The notes under the pieces are model-generated. The model had not been told where the DNA came from, ran no database searches, and saw only the letters and a list, made by a program, of their open reading frames with translations. 64,000 nt of DNA from an uncultured virus (IMG/VR IMGVR_UViG_3300027782_003801) (lineage: Duplodnaviria; Heunggongvirae; Uroviricota; Caudoviricetes): IMG/VR virus record IMGVR_UViG_3300027782_003801; one strand, written 5' to 3'. Position numbers and translations under genes: made by a program. This document shows positions 29,447 to 40,051 of this stretch, in pieces. The first letter of the stretch is position 1. Each line of letters opens with the position of its first letter.

Positions 29447-30063
29447 TTTCCTGTTCCGTAATGCGGCCATTGTTTTTTATAATCGTACCAAATTATGTCA
29501 TCAGTCACTTCACTTTTTATTCCCCACGTTTCAATTGTTGGGGTATTAGTTGACACCCCATTATCCTCAACGATAAATTTAATAGGTAAGTCAAAATTCT
29601 TAGCGTACTTATAATTCTCCATAAATACCCCACCCTCAAATGTCATATCACCAATAAAACACCAAACAGTATCATTATTACCATTTCTTTTATTTGATAT
29701 TGCAACACCTACAGCAATTGGTATTATACCACCCACAATTGCAGATGAATAGAATTTTTCTTCTTTATTGATGATGGTAATAGACCTACCATCTAATATT
29801 TCTTGTTCTAACCATTCAGATGATATACCCTTTAACAATGCGTGATAATGAGACCTCCATGTTGAAAAAACCCAATCAGATTTTTTTATTCGTTTGAAAA
29901 TTTCAATTAATTCTTTTTCATTACCACCACTTAAATGAATTGGTCCTCTTACTTTACCGGATTCCCAATAGTCGGCCATTTTCCTCTCAAATTGAACTAA
30001 ACCTTCAACATCCCATAATGGGTCACTTACTATTGGTAATTCATCGTTTAAATTTTTTATCAT
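29431..30063 (-). CDS. TPP-dependent E1 alpha-like subunit (short form)
   Basis: GPIHLSGGNE, STWRSHYHAL, SAIVGG, GD.....G...E....A....LP..F.VEDN TPP motif. Confidence 0.85.
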   Translation of the reverse strand: MIKNLNDELPIVSDPLWDVEGLVQFERKMADYWESGKVRGPIHLSGGNEKELIEIFKRIKKSDWVFSTWRSHYHALLKGISSEWLEQEILDGRSITIINKEEKFYSSAIVGGIIPIAVGVAISNKRNGNNDTVWCFIGDMTFEGGVFMENYKYAKNFDLPIKFIVEDNGVSTNTPTIETWGIKSEVTDDIIWYDYKKQWPHYGTGKWVIF

Positions 30064-30614
30064 CTATCTCTTTTTTGTAAAATTGGATTATTGGTTGGCC
30101 ATTCAATTTGGAATTCAGGGTCATTCCATTTAACGACTCCTTGTTCATGTTCATTAACATACTCACCTTTGTAGAAAAATTTATAATGATAAATACAATC
30201 GGTAATTGAATAGAACCCATTAGCAAATCCAGGAGGAACCAATACTTGTTCTCTAGTTTTTTCGGTTATCAAATACGATTCCCATTCACCATACGTATTA
30301 GATTTTTCTCTCATATCTAATACAACGAGGTATATGTCACCAACAAGAGCCTGAATTAGCTTCCAAGTTTTAGTGTCATAATGTAAACCTCTCAAAACCC
30401 CTTTATATGATTTTGAAAATTTATCGTGAACATTAATTTCTGATAAACCATAATTAATTTGATTTAATACTGGATGTTTCTCAGAATGAAATGTGGTAAA
30501 AATCTCACCTCTAAACTCTCTAAAAATAGATGGAGCATATGTTGGGACCTCATATCCGAATTTTTTTGATGGAGTAATTAAAAACTCATCCCATTTTTGA
30601 TTATTATGACTCAT
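30060..30614 (-). CDS. NDP-4-keto-6-deoxy-sugar 3,5-epimerase (RmlC cupin; Cj1430/MlghB-like)
   Basis: RGEIF, HDKFS, VLRGLHY, VPPGFANG, WND....I.WP..NPIL..RD. Confidence 0.85.
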   Translation of the reverse strand: MSHNNQKWDEFLITPSKKFGYEVPTYAPSIFREFRGEIFTTFHSEKHPVLNQINYGLSEINVHDKFSKSYKGVLRGLHYDTKTWKLIQALVGDIYLVVLDMREKSNTYGEWESYLITEKTREQVLVPPGFANGFYSITDCIYHYKFFYKGEYVNEHEQGVVKWNDPEFQIEWPTNNPILQKRDR

Positions 30615-30683
30615 ATTAATACAAAAATAAGGTTTTTTTATTGTTTAGTAAATCAATTTTTTTATTTATATTTATTATACTTT

Positions 30684-31952
30684 ATGGATAAGATTATATG
30701 TAGTTTGGAGGAGTGGGATAGTATTATTGACTATCATAGACCTAATGGATCATCTAAAACATGGTACATTAAAGAAATGAAACAACTTTCACGCCCATTT
30801 ATGTGGGGAGATTGGAATGTATTTACAGAACAAGGTGAAATGTTCGATAATGGAATTTTTAGAAGTTTAGTTGCACCATTACACAGTACTAAAGTCGAAT
30901 ATAAAACAATTTCAGATATAGGTGATGATAAACACATATATGTCATAAACATATTTAATTGTAATTTCTTTAAAGAAAATTATGATATTGGTTTTAAATG
31001 CATATCGGAAAAGTATTTGAATGACATTTTAGAAGGAAGGTCAAAAATATTGATGTTTTTTAATTATGAAGGTTATTCTGGTTGTAAAAATAACGATGAT
31101 TTAGAAATAATTGAAAAGTGGAGAATTGACTTGTCATTACCTATCGATTCTATTTATTACGTATCAGGAAATTTATTGTGTGAAAATATAGTTAAAGAAA
31201 GAGGACACGGTTATCAAGCAAGACCCATTCAATTTTTTGAACCGTGGAATAAATATGATGACCCAAATTGTGTTGACTTTAAACCTGTTAACGATAAGTA
31301 CTTATATCTTTCATATAATAGAAACCCAAGACCACATAGAATAGTGTTCGCATTAGATTTAATGAAAAATAATTTATTAGATAAAGGTTTATTTAGTTTA
31401 AATAAAATTAACCATAATAGATTTAATCTTAGTCCTGAAGATTTTGAATTTTTAAAGAATAATAGCCCATTTATTATTGATGAAAAATATGGGTTGGATT
31501 ATAATTTAGCGGTTAATATTGAAAAAAATGATTATGAAAAAACATTTATATCTGTTGTTACGGAGTCGTTAGTTGACGACGGAACTTTATTTTTTTCTGA
31601 AAAAATATGGAAACCAATAATGGTCGGTCACCCATTTATATTATATGGAAATAAAGGATCATTAAGTTATTTAAAATCAATTGGATACCAAACATTTGAT
31701 AAATGGGTAGATGAAAGCTATGATGATGTTGATGATAGGAATCTTAGGTCTAAAATGGTGGTAGATGAATTAAATAAATTTACATTAAAGACAATTGAAG
31801 AATTACAACAAATAAGAAATGAGATGAAAGAAATATGTGAATACAATAAACAACATTTCAAAGTGTTATATAAACAAAATTATACACCTGGAGATTTAAG
31901 TATAACAATTGAGAATGTTTTTGATGAGATATGGACTAAATTAAATAAATAA
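30684..31952 (+). CDS. GT10-like family protein, paralogue 4
   Basis: YNRNPRPHR; ISVVTES..FFSEKIWKPI..HPFILYG..LKSIGYQTFDKWVDESYD; start moved to the ATG at 30684. Confidence 0.6.
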   Translation: MDKIICSLEEWDSIIDYHRPNGSSKTWYIKEMKQLSRPFMWGDWNVFTEQGEMFDNGIFRSLVAPLHSTKVEYKTISDIGDDKHIYVINIFNCNFFKENYDIGFKCISEKYLNDILEGRSKILMFFNYEGYSGCKNNDDLEIIEKWRIDLSLPIDSIYYVSGNLLCENIVKERGHGYQARPIQFFEPWNKYDDPNCVDFKPVNDKYLYLSYNRNPRPHRIVFALDLMKNNLLDKGLFSLNKINHNRFNLSPEDFEFLKNNSPFIIDEKYGLDYNLAVNIEKNDYEKTFISVVTESLVDDGTLFFSEKIWKPIMVGHPFILYGNKGSLSYLKSIGYQTFDKWVDESYDDVDDRNLRSKMVVDELNKFTLKTIEELQQIRNEMKEICEYNKQHFKVLYKQNYTPGDLSITIENVFDEIWTKLNK

Positions 31953-31963
31953 AATATATAAAT

Positions 31964-33118
31964 ATGAAAGTAGGATTTATTGGGGTTGGAAAATTAGGTA
32001 GGGAAGCGGCAGAAGTGATGCAAAGTGCCGGTCACGAAGTTACGGGTTATGACGTGACAGAAATAAAAAATACAACAATATCAATGACAGAATCGTTGGA
32101 AGAGGTTTGTAAAGATAAGGAATTGATTTTTATTGCGGTACCAACACCACATCATAAAGATTATGACGGAAGTCAACCAACATCTCATTTAAAACCTAGA
32201 GATTTTGATTATTCCATTGTTAAAAGTGTATTAAGTAAAATAAATGAATACACAACAAAGGAACAGTTAGTTGTGTTAATCTCAACAGTATTACCTGGCA
32301 CAACAAGACGTGAATTTATACCATTAGTAGAAAATTATCGTTTTATTTATAACCCATATTTAATTGCTATGGGTACAGTTAAAGAAGATATGGTGAAACC
32401 TGAAATGTTAATTATCGGTACTGAAGATGGTACAATGACAGGGGACGCAAATAAATTAACTGAATTTTACGGGACATTTATCTACCCTAAAACAAGATGT
32501 GAAATTGGAACTTGGGATGATGCTGAGGCAATTAAAATATTTTACAATACATTTATATCGGCTAAAATATCATTAGTTAATATGATAATGGATGTGGCGG
32601 AAAGAAATGGTAATATGAACACTGATATCGTTACGGGAGCATTAGAAAGAAGTACGTATAGAATTATGGGACCTGCATATATGAAAGCAGGCATGGGTGA
32701 TGGTGGAGCGTGTCACCCAAGAGATAATATCGCACTAAGATACATGGCACAAGAATATGGTCTTACATATGATTTATTTGATGTGATAATGAAATCAAGA
32801 GAAGAACAAGCAATTAACATTGCCACAAGATTGATTAACTTATCCGTAGGTAATGATTTACCAATTGTTATTATGGGAGAAAGTTATAAACCAGGGGTTA
32901 AGTATGTTGATGGGTCTTATTCAAAATTAATTGGACATTATATTAATTCGTTAGATAAGGATATCACATATGATAACATTAATGAGCCCGCAATTTATTT
33001 ATTAGGACATAAAGGAGTTTTCAACGATACTGAATTTCCAGAAGGAAGTATTATTTTAGATCCATGGAGAGAAAGAAAAAATAAAGACACAATTTATTAC
33101 GGATATAAAAATGTATAA
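31964..33118 (+). CDS. UDP-glucose/GDP-mannose 6-dehydrogenase family
   Basis: GVGKLG, FIAVPTP, STVLPGT, AE.IK..YNTF, GDGGACHPRD. Confidence 0.9.
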   Translation: MKVGFIGVGKLGREAAEVMQSAGHEVTGYDVTEIKNTTISMTESLEEVCKDKELIFIAVPTPHHKDYDGSQPTSHLKPRDFDYSIVKSVLSKINEYTTKEQLVVLISTVLPGTTRREFIPLVENYRFIYNPYLIAMGTVKEDMVKPEMLIIGTEDGTMTGDANKLTEFYGTFIYPKTRCEIGTWDDAEAIKIFYNTFISAKISLVNMIMDVAERNGNMNTDIVTGALERSTYRIMGPAYMKAGMGDGGACHPRDNIALRYMAQEYGLTYDLFDVIMKSREEQAINIATRLINLSVGNDLPIVIMGESYKPGVKYVDGSYSKLIGHYINSLDKDITYDNINEPAIYLLGHKGVFNDTEFPEGSIILDPWRERKNKDTIYYGYKNV

Positions 33119-34187
33119 AAAAGTTGGAATATATAGTGCGTCGACTTTAGATAATGATGGTAGAATTACTAACATTATTAAAGAAATTGACGATAGTGAA
33201 TTTGAATTAGTTATATATATGAACGAATTTGAATGCATGTCATATGCTTTCACTCAAGAAACATTAAGTCAATTAAAAAATATATTAATAAAGAAAAATA
33301 TTAAATTTTATTTTATATGTGGTGCTGAATTTCAAAATGTACATATTGAACATTTAAATCTTTTTACCACTGATGTAACTAAAGAAGATGAATTTTTATT
33401 TTTTTTACCGTGGAGTACTTTTCTTTTACATTATTCGTATTATTTTCTAAAACATAAAGTACCTGATTTTGAAAATTTAATCTTTGAGAAGACATTTAAC
33501 CATCTTTTCCTATGTTATAATAATAAGTCAAGATACCATAGATGTTATTTAATAGATAATTTAGAAAAAAATAATCTATTGAATATTGGATTAGTTTCTT
33601 GGAGAATGAAAGAACAATATTTATCCAATAATTATGAATTTAAATATTGGAAAGAAAAACCATTGTCAGTAGATAATCCAATTATTCAACCAGGAAATTC
33701 ACCTGATAGTTTTGATGAATATACAAAGGACATGTTAAATATGGAGACATTTTTAACCGTGGTTACTGAATCAAGTGACAAATTTATATTTCATACTGAA
33801 AAAACATACAGAACAATATTATTAGAACAACCATTTTTAAGTTTTGGAGCTAAAAATCAAAATACAACATTGAGACAATATGGTTTTGAATTATATGATG
33901 AAATTTTTAATTACTCATTAGATGGGAGCGAAACTATTGATGAAAGAACACAAGGAATCGTCAATAACATAAACACGATAAAAGATAAAAATCTATATGA
34001 ATTGTATGAACTAATAAAAGATAAAGTCATGTATAATAAAAAAAATGCAATGAAAATAATCAATAATGACCCATATATTCCAAATGTATTAGTTGAATTG
34101 TATAAAAAATATAATGAAGATTTTATGACGGCAATAAACAAAGGAATACTTCCAAATTGGGTACCCTTAATAATGAAAAATAAATAA
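33111..34187 (+). CDS. GT10-like family protein, paralogue 5
   Basis: YNNKSRYHR; LTVVTES..FHTEKTYR..QPFL.FG..LRQYGFELYDEIFNYS.D. Confidence 0.6.
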   Translation: MYKKVGIYSASTLDNDGRITNIIKEIDDSEFELVIYMNEFECMSYAFTQETLSQLKNILIKKNIKFYFICGAEFQNVHIEHLNLFTTDVTKEDEFLFFLPWSTFLLHYSYYFLKHKVPDFENLIFEKTFNHLFLCYNNKSRYHRCYLIDNLEKNNLLNIGLVSWRMKEQYLSNNYEFKYWKEKPLSVDNPIIQPGNSPDSFDEYTKDMLNMETFLTVVTESSDKFIFHTEKTYRTILLEQPFLSFGAKNQNTTLRQYGFELYDEIFNYSLDGSETIDERTQGIVNNINTIKDKNLYELYELIKDKVMYNKKNAMKIINNDPYIPNVLVELYKKYNEDFMTAINKGILPNWVPLIMKNK

Positions 34188-34192
34188 TAGAA

Positions 34193-35548
34193 ATGTTAAA
34201 TTTAAATTTAGTATATGATGATTGGGATGATAGTACAAACAAACCAATACCAAACGGAGAAAAAATGTTTGGGTATCCCGATAGATTTTGGGATGCGAGT
34301 AATTTAATGTACCATTTTATTTTCAATGGATTAAATTCTAATGTTGAAAGATTTACATTAGAAAAATATAGAATGTCCGATGTTTATGATAACCCTGATA
34401 AAAAATATTATTATATTATAAATCACGCCAGACTTGAACTACAAAGGGTATTTAATTATGAACTATTAGACATACATAGACCCGAATACGACTCCAAAAA
34501 AATGTTCCAATCAACACCATTTAGTGATGAAGTTTTGGAATGTGTCAGGAAATGTAAAAATTTTAACATTATGTTTTTAACAGAACACGAACCTGAAGAT
34601 GAAATTGGTTTCAAAACTGTGATTGATTATTTTAAATCTGTGAACGTAAATGAAGAACAAATATTCATTATAACCAATAATTCAGAACTTAATGAGTTAA
34701 AATTGAAATATAAAAGTAAAATTAATACATATTCGTTAGAGTTTATTCCATTTTCATCCACATTAAGTTTTGAAGTTATTGGCTCACAATATATAAAGGA
34801 AAAAATGGGTAAATTTTTTATGTGCCACAATAAAGGACCTAAAATACATAGATTTTTATTATTATCATTATTAAAAAAATACAATTTATTAGATGAGATA
34901 AATTGGTCATTAGTCCCAACATGGAAACCATATTTTGATGTTCATCATTGTGACCCTCTCATTACTAAAAATCAATATGAGGCATTTAAAGATGATTTGG
35001 ATTTTTTTATCGAACTTAAAATAAAAAATAGTGATTTTGAACGTGAAAAAAATTGGTTTAAACCGTTTGAAGATGTTGAAGTGGAAAATCTACCGAAGGG
35101 TGCGTTAATACCCGAAGACAGACATACATTAGAAAATTCATATGTGAATATAATCACAGAATCACAATACATTAATATTCATAGAGAAACCGAACATATT
35201 GTGAAAGAAAATCAAGTTATACATATTACCGAAAAATCAATACGACCATTTTATTTTTATCAAATACCATTAATTTTAAGCACACCAGGACATATTAGAA
35301 AAATGAAAGAAAAATATAAACTTGATTTTTTTGATGATATAATTAATCATAATTACGATAATGAATATGAACCGGAAAAAAGATTATTTCTTTTCTTTAA
35401 TCAAATTTTGGAAATAAATAGAAATAAAGAAAATATAATTAAGTTCTACGAAAACAATCAAGAGAGGTTTGAAGAAAATAAAAGAAAAATATTAAAAATA
35501 TTAGATGACAGAAAAGATTATTTTTATTTTAAAAGTTTATTAAATTGA
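34193..35548 (+). CDS. GT10-like family protein, paralogue 6
   Basis: HNKGPKIHR; SYVNIITES..ITEKSIRPF..QIPL..DFFDDIINHNYD. Confidence 0.6.
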   Translation: MLNLNLVYDDWDDSTNKPIPNGEKMFGYPDRFWDASNLMYHFIFNGLNSNVERFTLEKYRMSDVYDNPDKKYYYIINHARLELQRVFNYELLDIHRPEYDSKKMFQSTPFSDEVLECVRKCKNFNIMFLTEHEPEDEIGFKTVIDYFKSVNVNEEQIFIITNNSELNELKLKYKSKINTYSLEFIPFSSTLSFEVIGSQYIKEKMGKFFMCHNKGPKIHRFLLLSLLKKYNLLDEINWSLVPTWKPYFDVHHCDPLITKNQYEAFKDDLDFFIELKIKNSDFEREKNWFKPFEDVEVENLPKGALIPEDRHTLENSYVNIITESQYINIHRETEHIVKENQVIHITEKSIRPFYFYQIPLILSTPGHIRKMKEKYKLDFFDDIINHNYDNEYEPEKRLFLFFNQILEINRNKENIIKFYENNQERFEENKRKILKILDDRKDYFYFKSLLN

Positions 35549-36174
35549 CAATGAGATTAATTACATTTGGAGATAGTTGGACGGCAGGACATGGAATTGA
35601 AACTGACGTAAAATATAAAGAAGAACCGTTTCCTCACATGTTCATTCAAAAATTAAGAGATATGAACTCATGGCCAAGATGGGTTTCAGATAAATTAAAA
35701 TGTGAATATGTTAATTTAGGTGTTTGTGGTTATGGTAACGAATATATTTTAAAAGATTTAAAAGAAACGGTTGAAAACGGTTTCATAAACAAAGACGATA
35801 TAGTAATAGTAATGTTATCATATCCATATCGTTATAAATCAAAAGACATTCACAATGTTGTTGAAATATATTTATTAATTGAAGAACTATTACAAGAATA
35901 TAATCATTTTTATTTTAATTCTTTTTATCCATCCTTTAGAGAAGAAGATGTAGATACAAAAAAACTACCTGAGTATTTTATAAATCCAAATGGATGTGTT
36001 TCTGATATATTAAGGGATTATGAAATAAAAAATGATGAAGGTGTTTGGGAATATGGTAGTAGAAGTGTGTGGAACGACGAGAAAAATTTTTATGAGGGGG
36101 ATTATCATCCTAATTTAAAAGGTTATAAAATAATTGGTGATTACATTTACAAGAACATTAAAAAATTTTTATGA
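35545..36174 (+). CDS. SGNH/GDSL hydrolase or acyltransferase
   Basis: FGDSWT, VNLGVCG.GN, DYHPNLKGY; intact catalytic Ser and His. Confidence 0.8.
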   Translation: MTMRLITFGDSWTAGHGIETDVKYKEEPFPHMFIQKLRDMNSWPRWVSDKLKCEYVNLGVCGYGNEYILKDLKETVENGFINKDDIVIVMLSYPYRYKSKDIHNVVEIYLLIEELLQEYNHFYFNSFYPSFREEDVDTKKLPEYFINPNGCVSDILRDYEIKNDEGVWEYGSRSVWNDEKNFYEGDYHPNLKGYKIIGDYIYKNIKKFL

Positions 36175-36884
36175 CCTATTTAGAAATTTGGAATCGGCAT
36201 CTTGAGAACATGAAGAAAAAATTGGTAGATTATACACCATCATTACCGGTTGATTCGGATTATTTTGCTGTTATCGTTGAATTAAGAAATTATGAACATA
36301 TGGAGACAGTTTTAAAAACCGTCATCTATTATCTTAATAAAACTAAATCAAAGATTAAATGGGGACTTCAAATATTTCACGGGGAGAAAAATAAAAAACA
36401 AATAGAATCGATAACTAAAAATTGGAAAAATGTACAATTAGTTAATTTAAATATTAATGACATAACTAAGTTGGAATATAGTAATTTATTAAAAACTACC
36501 GACTTTTGGGAAAAGGTAAATGGTAAGAAAATACTAACATTTCAAACAGATTCTATTTTATTAAGAAGTGGTATTGATGAATTTTTAGAATTTGATTATG
36601 TAGGGGCGCCATGGAAAAAATCAAAGGACGGTTATTTTGTTGGTAATGGTGGTTTATCATTAAGAACAAAAGATAGGATGATTAAAATCACTAAAGAACA
36701 TAATAACATCACCGAAGAATGGGAAGATACATTTTTTGTTAAACATTTAAAAGGTAATGGTGTGGCTGATATTGAAACTGCTAGTAGATTTAGCATAGAA
36801 GATGTTTTTTATCAAAACCCACTTGGGGTACACAATCCAATAAAAATTAATACAGATTTACTTAAAAAGGTGTTGTCATTTTAA
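36171..36884 (+). CDS. DUF5672-family putative glycosyltransferase
   Basis: LTFQTDS, FDYVGAPW, VGNGGLSLR, EDTFF. Confidence 0.75.
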   Translation: MTYLEIWNRHLENMKKKLVDYTPSLPVDSDYFAVIVELRNYEHMETVLKTVIYYLNKTKSKIKWGLQIFHGEKNKKQIESITKNWKNVQLVNLNINDITKLEYSNLLKTTDFWEKVNGKKILTFQTDSILLRSGIDEFLEFDYVGAPWKKSKDGYFVGNGGLSLRTKDRMIKITKEHNNITEEWEDTFFVKHLKGNGVADIETASRFSIEDVFYQNPLGVHNPIKINTDLLKKVLSF

Positions 36885-36920
36885 AATTTTTTTGTTATAT
36901 TATAGGGAATACTATAACCT

Positions 36921-38102
36921 ATGAATTACAAATGGCCACTGATTAATGATAACATCACAAAAGAAGACAGGAAAGTTTTATCTGACTTCATACTTGATAA
37001 TCAACGATTTACAAATGGAGAAAGAGTTAAAGAGTTTGAATCTATTTGGTCTAAGTGGTTGGGAGTCAAGCACTCAGTAATGGTTAATTCGGGTAATTCG
37101 GGTAATTTCTTATCAATTGCACTAGTTAAAGAACTTTATGGTATTGGTGAAGTTATTGTACCACCATTAGGTTGGGTTTCCGATATATCATCCGTCGTTC
37201 AATTAGGAATGACACCTGTGTTCGTTGACATCTCAATGGACAATTTATCAATCACAGCAGAAAACATTGAGAAAGCGATTACACCACAAACAAAAGCAAT
37301 AGTTCTTGTACATTGTTTAGGATTTAACGCCATTAATGAAAAAATCTTAGAAATTTCCAAGAAACACAATTTAGTATTGATTGAAGATTGTTGTGAAGCA
37401 CACGGGGCAACATTTAAGGGTCAGAGAGTAGGTTCATTTGGTGATATATCGATATTTTCTTTTTATTTTGGGCATCATATCACAACCATTGAAGGTGGTA
37501 TGGTGTGTGTTAATGATGATAATGCGAATGATATTGTTCGTTTATTTAGATCACATGGAATGACTCGAGAAGCATCACAAGAACTCCAAGATAACTTTGT
37601 TCGTAATTATCCAGAATTAAATCCTCTTTTTACATTTGCGGTTGCTGGGTTTAATATGAGAAGTACTGAAATCAATGCGGTGTTAGGTATTGAACAAATG
37701 AAAAGAATAGATTCAAATGTAGAAAAAAGACAACACAATTTTAAATTATGGTTAGACAATTTAGATAAGTATAAATTCTATACCGAATTTGATGTGGAAG
37801 GTAATAGTAATTTCGCATTACCTCTTATAATGAAAAAGGGATATGAAGATAGATTTGACATTAATGACGATTTTAGTGGTGTTAGAGATATTTTAGATTT
37901 ATCAGGTGTAGAATATAGATTGGGCACTGCGGGTGGTGGTAATCAAGCATTACAACCATATCTAAAAAAATACGAACATCGTATTGAAGGTGAATTAACC
38001 AATGTAAATTATGTACATAGTAATTCACTTTATATTGGTAATCATACTGATTTAAATGACGACCAAATAATAAATTTATGTAAAATGTTAAACAATGTTT
38101 AA
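36921..38102 (+). CDS. PLP/PMP-dependent NDP-4-keto-6-deoxy-sugar 3-dehydratase (ColD-like, DegT family)
   Basis: SFYFGHHITTIEGG with His at the usual Lys position; RSHGMTR; no RDCWC Fe-S motif of Yersinia E1. Confidence 0.8.
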   Translation: MNYKWPLINDNITKEDRKVLSDFILDNQRFTNGERVKEFESIWSKWLGVKHSVMVNSGNSGNFLSIALVKELYGIGEVIVPPLGWVSDISSVVQLGMTPVFVDISMDNLSITAENIEKAITPQTKAIVLVHCLGFNAINEKILEISKKHNLVLIEDCCEAHGATFKGQRVGSFGDISIFSFYFGHHITTIEGGMVCVNDDNANDIVRLFRSHGMTREASQELQDNFVRNYPELNPLFTFAVAGFNMRSTEINAVLGIEQMKRIDSNVEKRQHNFKLWLDNLDKYKFYTEFDVEGNSNFALPLIMKKGYEDRFDINDDFSGVRDILDLSGVEYRLGTAGGGNQALQPYLKKYEHRIEGELTNVNYVHSNSLYIGNHTDLNDDQIINLCKMLNNV

Positions 38103-39066
38103 AGATAAAAAAGTTTTAATTACTGGAGGTGGAGGAATGATTGGTAGATCATTGATAAACCAATTAATTGATAAGGAATGTAAAATATATATTGCAGATT
38201 TAACAACCCCAACAGATTTACCCGAAGGTGTTGAACACTTACAAGTTGATTTAAGATTTTTTGATAATTGTTTGGATATTTGTAAAGGTAAAGATTATAT
38301 CTTCCATTTAGCAGGTGTTAAAGGGTCACCTAAGATGTGTATGGAACAACCCGTGGATTTCATGGTTCCAATGTTACAGTTTAACACAAATATGATTCAA
38401 GCGGCATATGAGGCAAATGTAGATTGGTTTTTATATACTAGTTCAGTTGGTGTTTATTCACCAGCAGAAGTATTTCAAGAAGATAATGTTTGGTCAACAT
38501 TTCCATCACCAAATGATAGATTTGCAGGGTGGACTAAAAGAATGGGTGAATTACAAACCGAAGCGTATAAAATACAATACGGGTTTGATAGATTCTCAAT
38601 TGTGAGACCGGCCAATGTGTATGGTCCATATGATAATTTCAATCCAACAAATGCAATGGTTGTACCATCATTAATTAGAAAGGCAAATGAAAATGATATA
38701 TTAGATGTATTTGGAGACGGAACAGCAATCAGAGATTTTATCTTTGCGGATGATGTTGCAAGAGGTATGATATTTGCGGTAGAAAATAAAATAACACAAC
38801 CTTTAAATTTAGGTTCAGGTAAAAAACATACAATTGGAGATATCGTTGATTTAGTTACAAAATATTCAAGTAGAGACAATACAATAAAATATAACCCAAG
38901 TGGTGTTAAAGGTGATGATATTAGATTGTTTGATATGACAAGAGCTAATTCATATGGATTTGAACCACTAACAAGTTTAGAGGAAGGGATTAAGTTAACA
39001 ACGGATTGGTATTTAAATAATAAAGATATTTTAGATAAAAAATATAACCCATTTGTAAATCATTAA
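38095..39066 (+). CDS. GDP-fucose synthase-like extended SDR
   Basis: GGGGMIG, RPANVYGPYDNF, VVPSLIRK, GDGTAIRDF; catalytic motif reads AGWTK. Confidence 0.8.
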   Translation: MFKDKKVLITGGGGMIGRSLINQLIDKECKIYIADLTTPTDLPEGVEHLQVDLRFFDNCLDICKGKDYIFHLAGVKGSPKMCMEQPVDFMVPMLQFNTNMIQAAYEANVDWFLYTSSVGVYSPAEVFQEDNVWSTFPSPNDRFAGWTKRMGELQTEAYKIQYGFDRFSIVRPANVYGPYDNFNPTNAMVVPSLIRKANENDILDVFGDGTAIRDFIFADDVARGMIFAVENKITQPLNLGSGKKHTIGDIVDLVTKYSSRDNTIKYNPSGVKGDDIRLFDMTRANSYGFEPLTSLEEGIKLTTDWYLNNKDILDKKYNPFVNH

Positions 39067-39067
39067 T

Positions 39068-40051
39068 ATGAGTAATTTTTTAGAAGGTAAAAAAGTAGTA
39101 GTAACTGGAGGATCTGGTTTTATAGGGTCACATTTTTTATTGGAGTTAGTTGAAAGAGGTGCGGATGTAAGAACACACACACATAATAAACCACTTCAAG
39201 TTAGTAATGATAAAATTAAAGTAATTAAAAACATCGATTTAACAAAATTAAATGATTGTTTAATATTAACACACGGGGCGGATTATGTGATTCATTGTGG
39301 TGGAAGTATTGCTCACCCATCAACGGTACCGACGGACGTTCAGATATCACTAAATCAATTAACAATCATTGGCAATGTATTGGAATCGTGTGCGAAAAAT
39401 AAAGTTAAAAGATTTTTAGATTTAAACAGCTCAACTGGTTATCCTGATATTCGTAGACCATTAACAGAAGATGAGTTTTGGGTGGATGAACCATATAAAT
39501 CATATTATGGTTATGGTTGGATGAGGAGATATAGAGAGAAGTTAATGGAACACGTGTCAAGATTTTCAGGGTTAGAAATTGCTTTAGCAAGATGTACTGC
39601 AATATTTGGGCCATATGATAATTTTGATTTAAAAACCTGCCATGTTGTCCCTGCATTAATTAAACGGCATCTCAGTGGTGAAGACCCTTTTGTTATATGG
39701 GGAACACCTGACGTGGTTAGAGATTTTTTATATGTTAAAGATGTTGTAAATGGTGCTTTATTAATATTGGAAAATGGGGAATCAATGAGACCATATAACT
39801 TGGGATACGGTGATGGAATTACTATAGGTGAAATTGTTGATACAATTTTAAAAGTTACAAAAGAAAAACCAAAGGTTGAATATGATATAACAAAACCAAC
39901 AACAATTCCATTTAGGGCGGTTAGTACTGAAAGAATAAAAAATGAATTGGGATTCAAACCTATTTATACTTTTGAAGAAGGAATGAAAGAAACAATTGAA
40001 TGGTATATAAAAAATAATAAAAATGAAAAATGTATTAATTACGGGGATTAG
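39068..40051 (+). CDS. Second GDP-fucose synthase-like extended SDR
   Basis: GGSGFIG, FGPYDNFD..TCHVVPALI, WGT...RDFLYV.D; catalytic motif reads YGWMR. Confidence 0.8.
   Translation: MSNFLEGKKVVVTGGSGFIGSHFLLELVERGADVRTHTHNKPLQVSNDKIKVIKNIDLTKLNDCLILTHGADYVIHCGGSIAHPSTVPTDVQISLNQLTIIGNVLESCAKNKVKRFLDLNSSTGYPDIRRPLTEDEFWVDEPYKSYYGYGWMRRYREKLMEHVSRFSGLEIALARCTAIFGPYDNFDLKTCHVVPALIKRHLSGEDPFVIWGTPDVVRDFLYVKDVVNGALLILENGESMRPYNLGYGDGITIGEIVDTILKVTKEKPKVEYDITKPTTIPFRAVSTERIKNELGFKPIYTFEEGMKETIEWYIKNNKNEKCINYGD

Noticed and set aside
26465..30063. Pyruvate dehydrogenase as an auxiliary metabolic gene set
   Set aside because: Subunits are truncated, there is no E2/E3 in the window, and they are embedded among NDP-sugar genes
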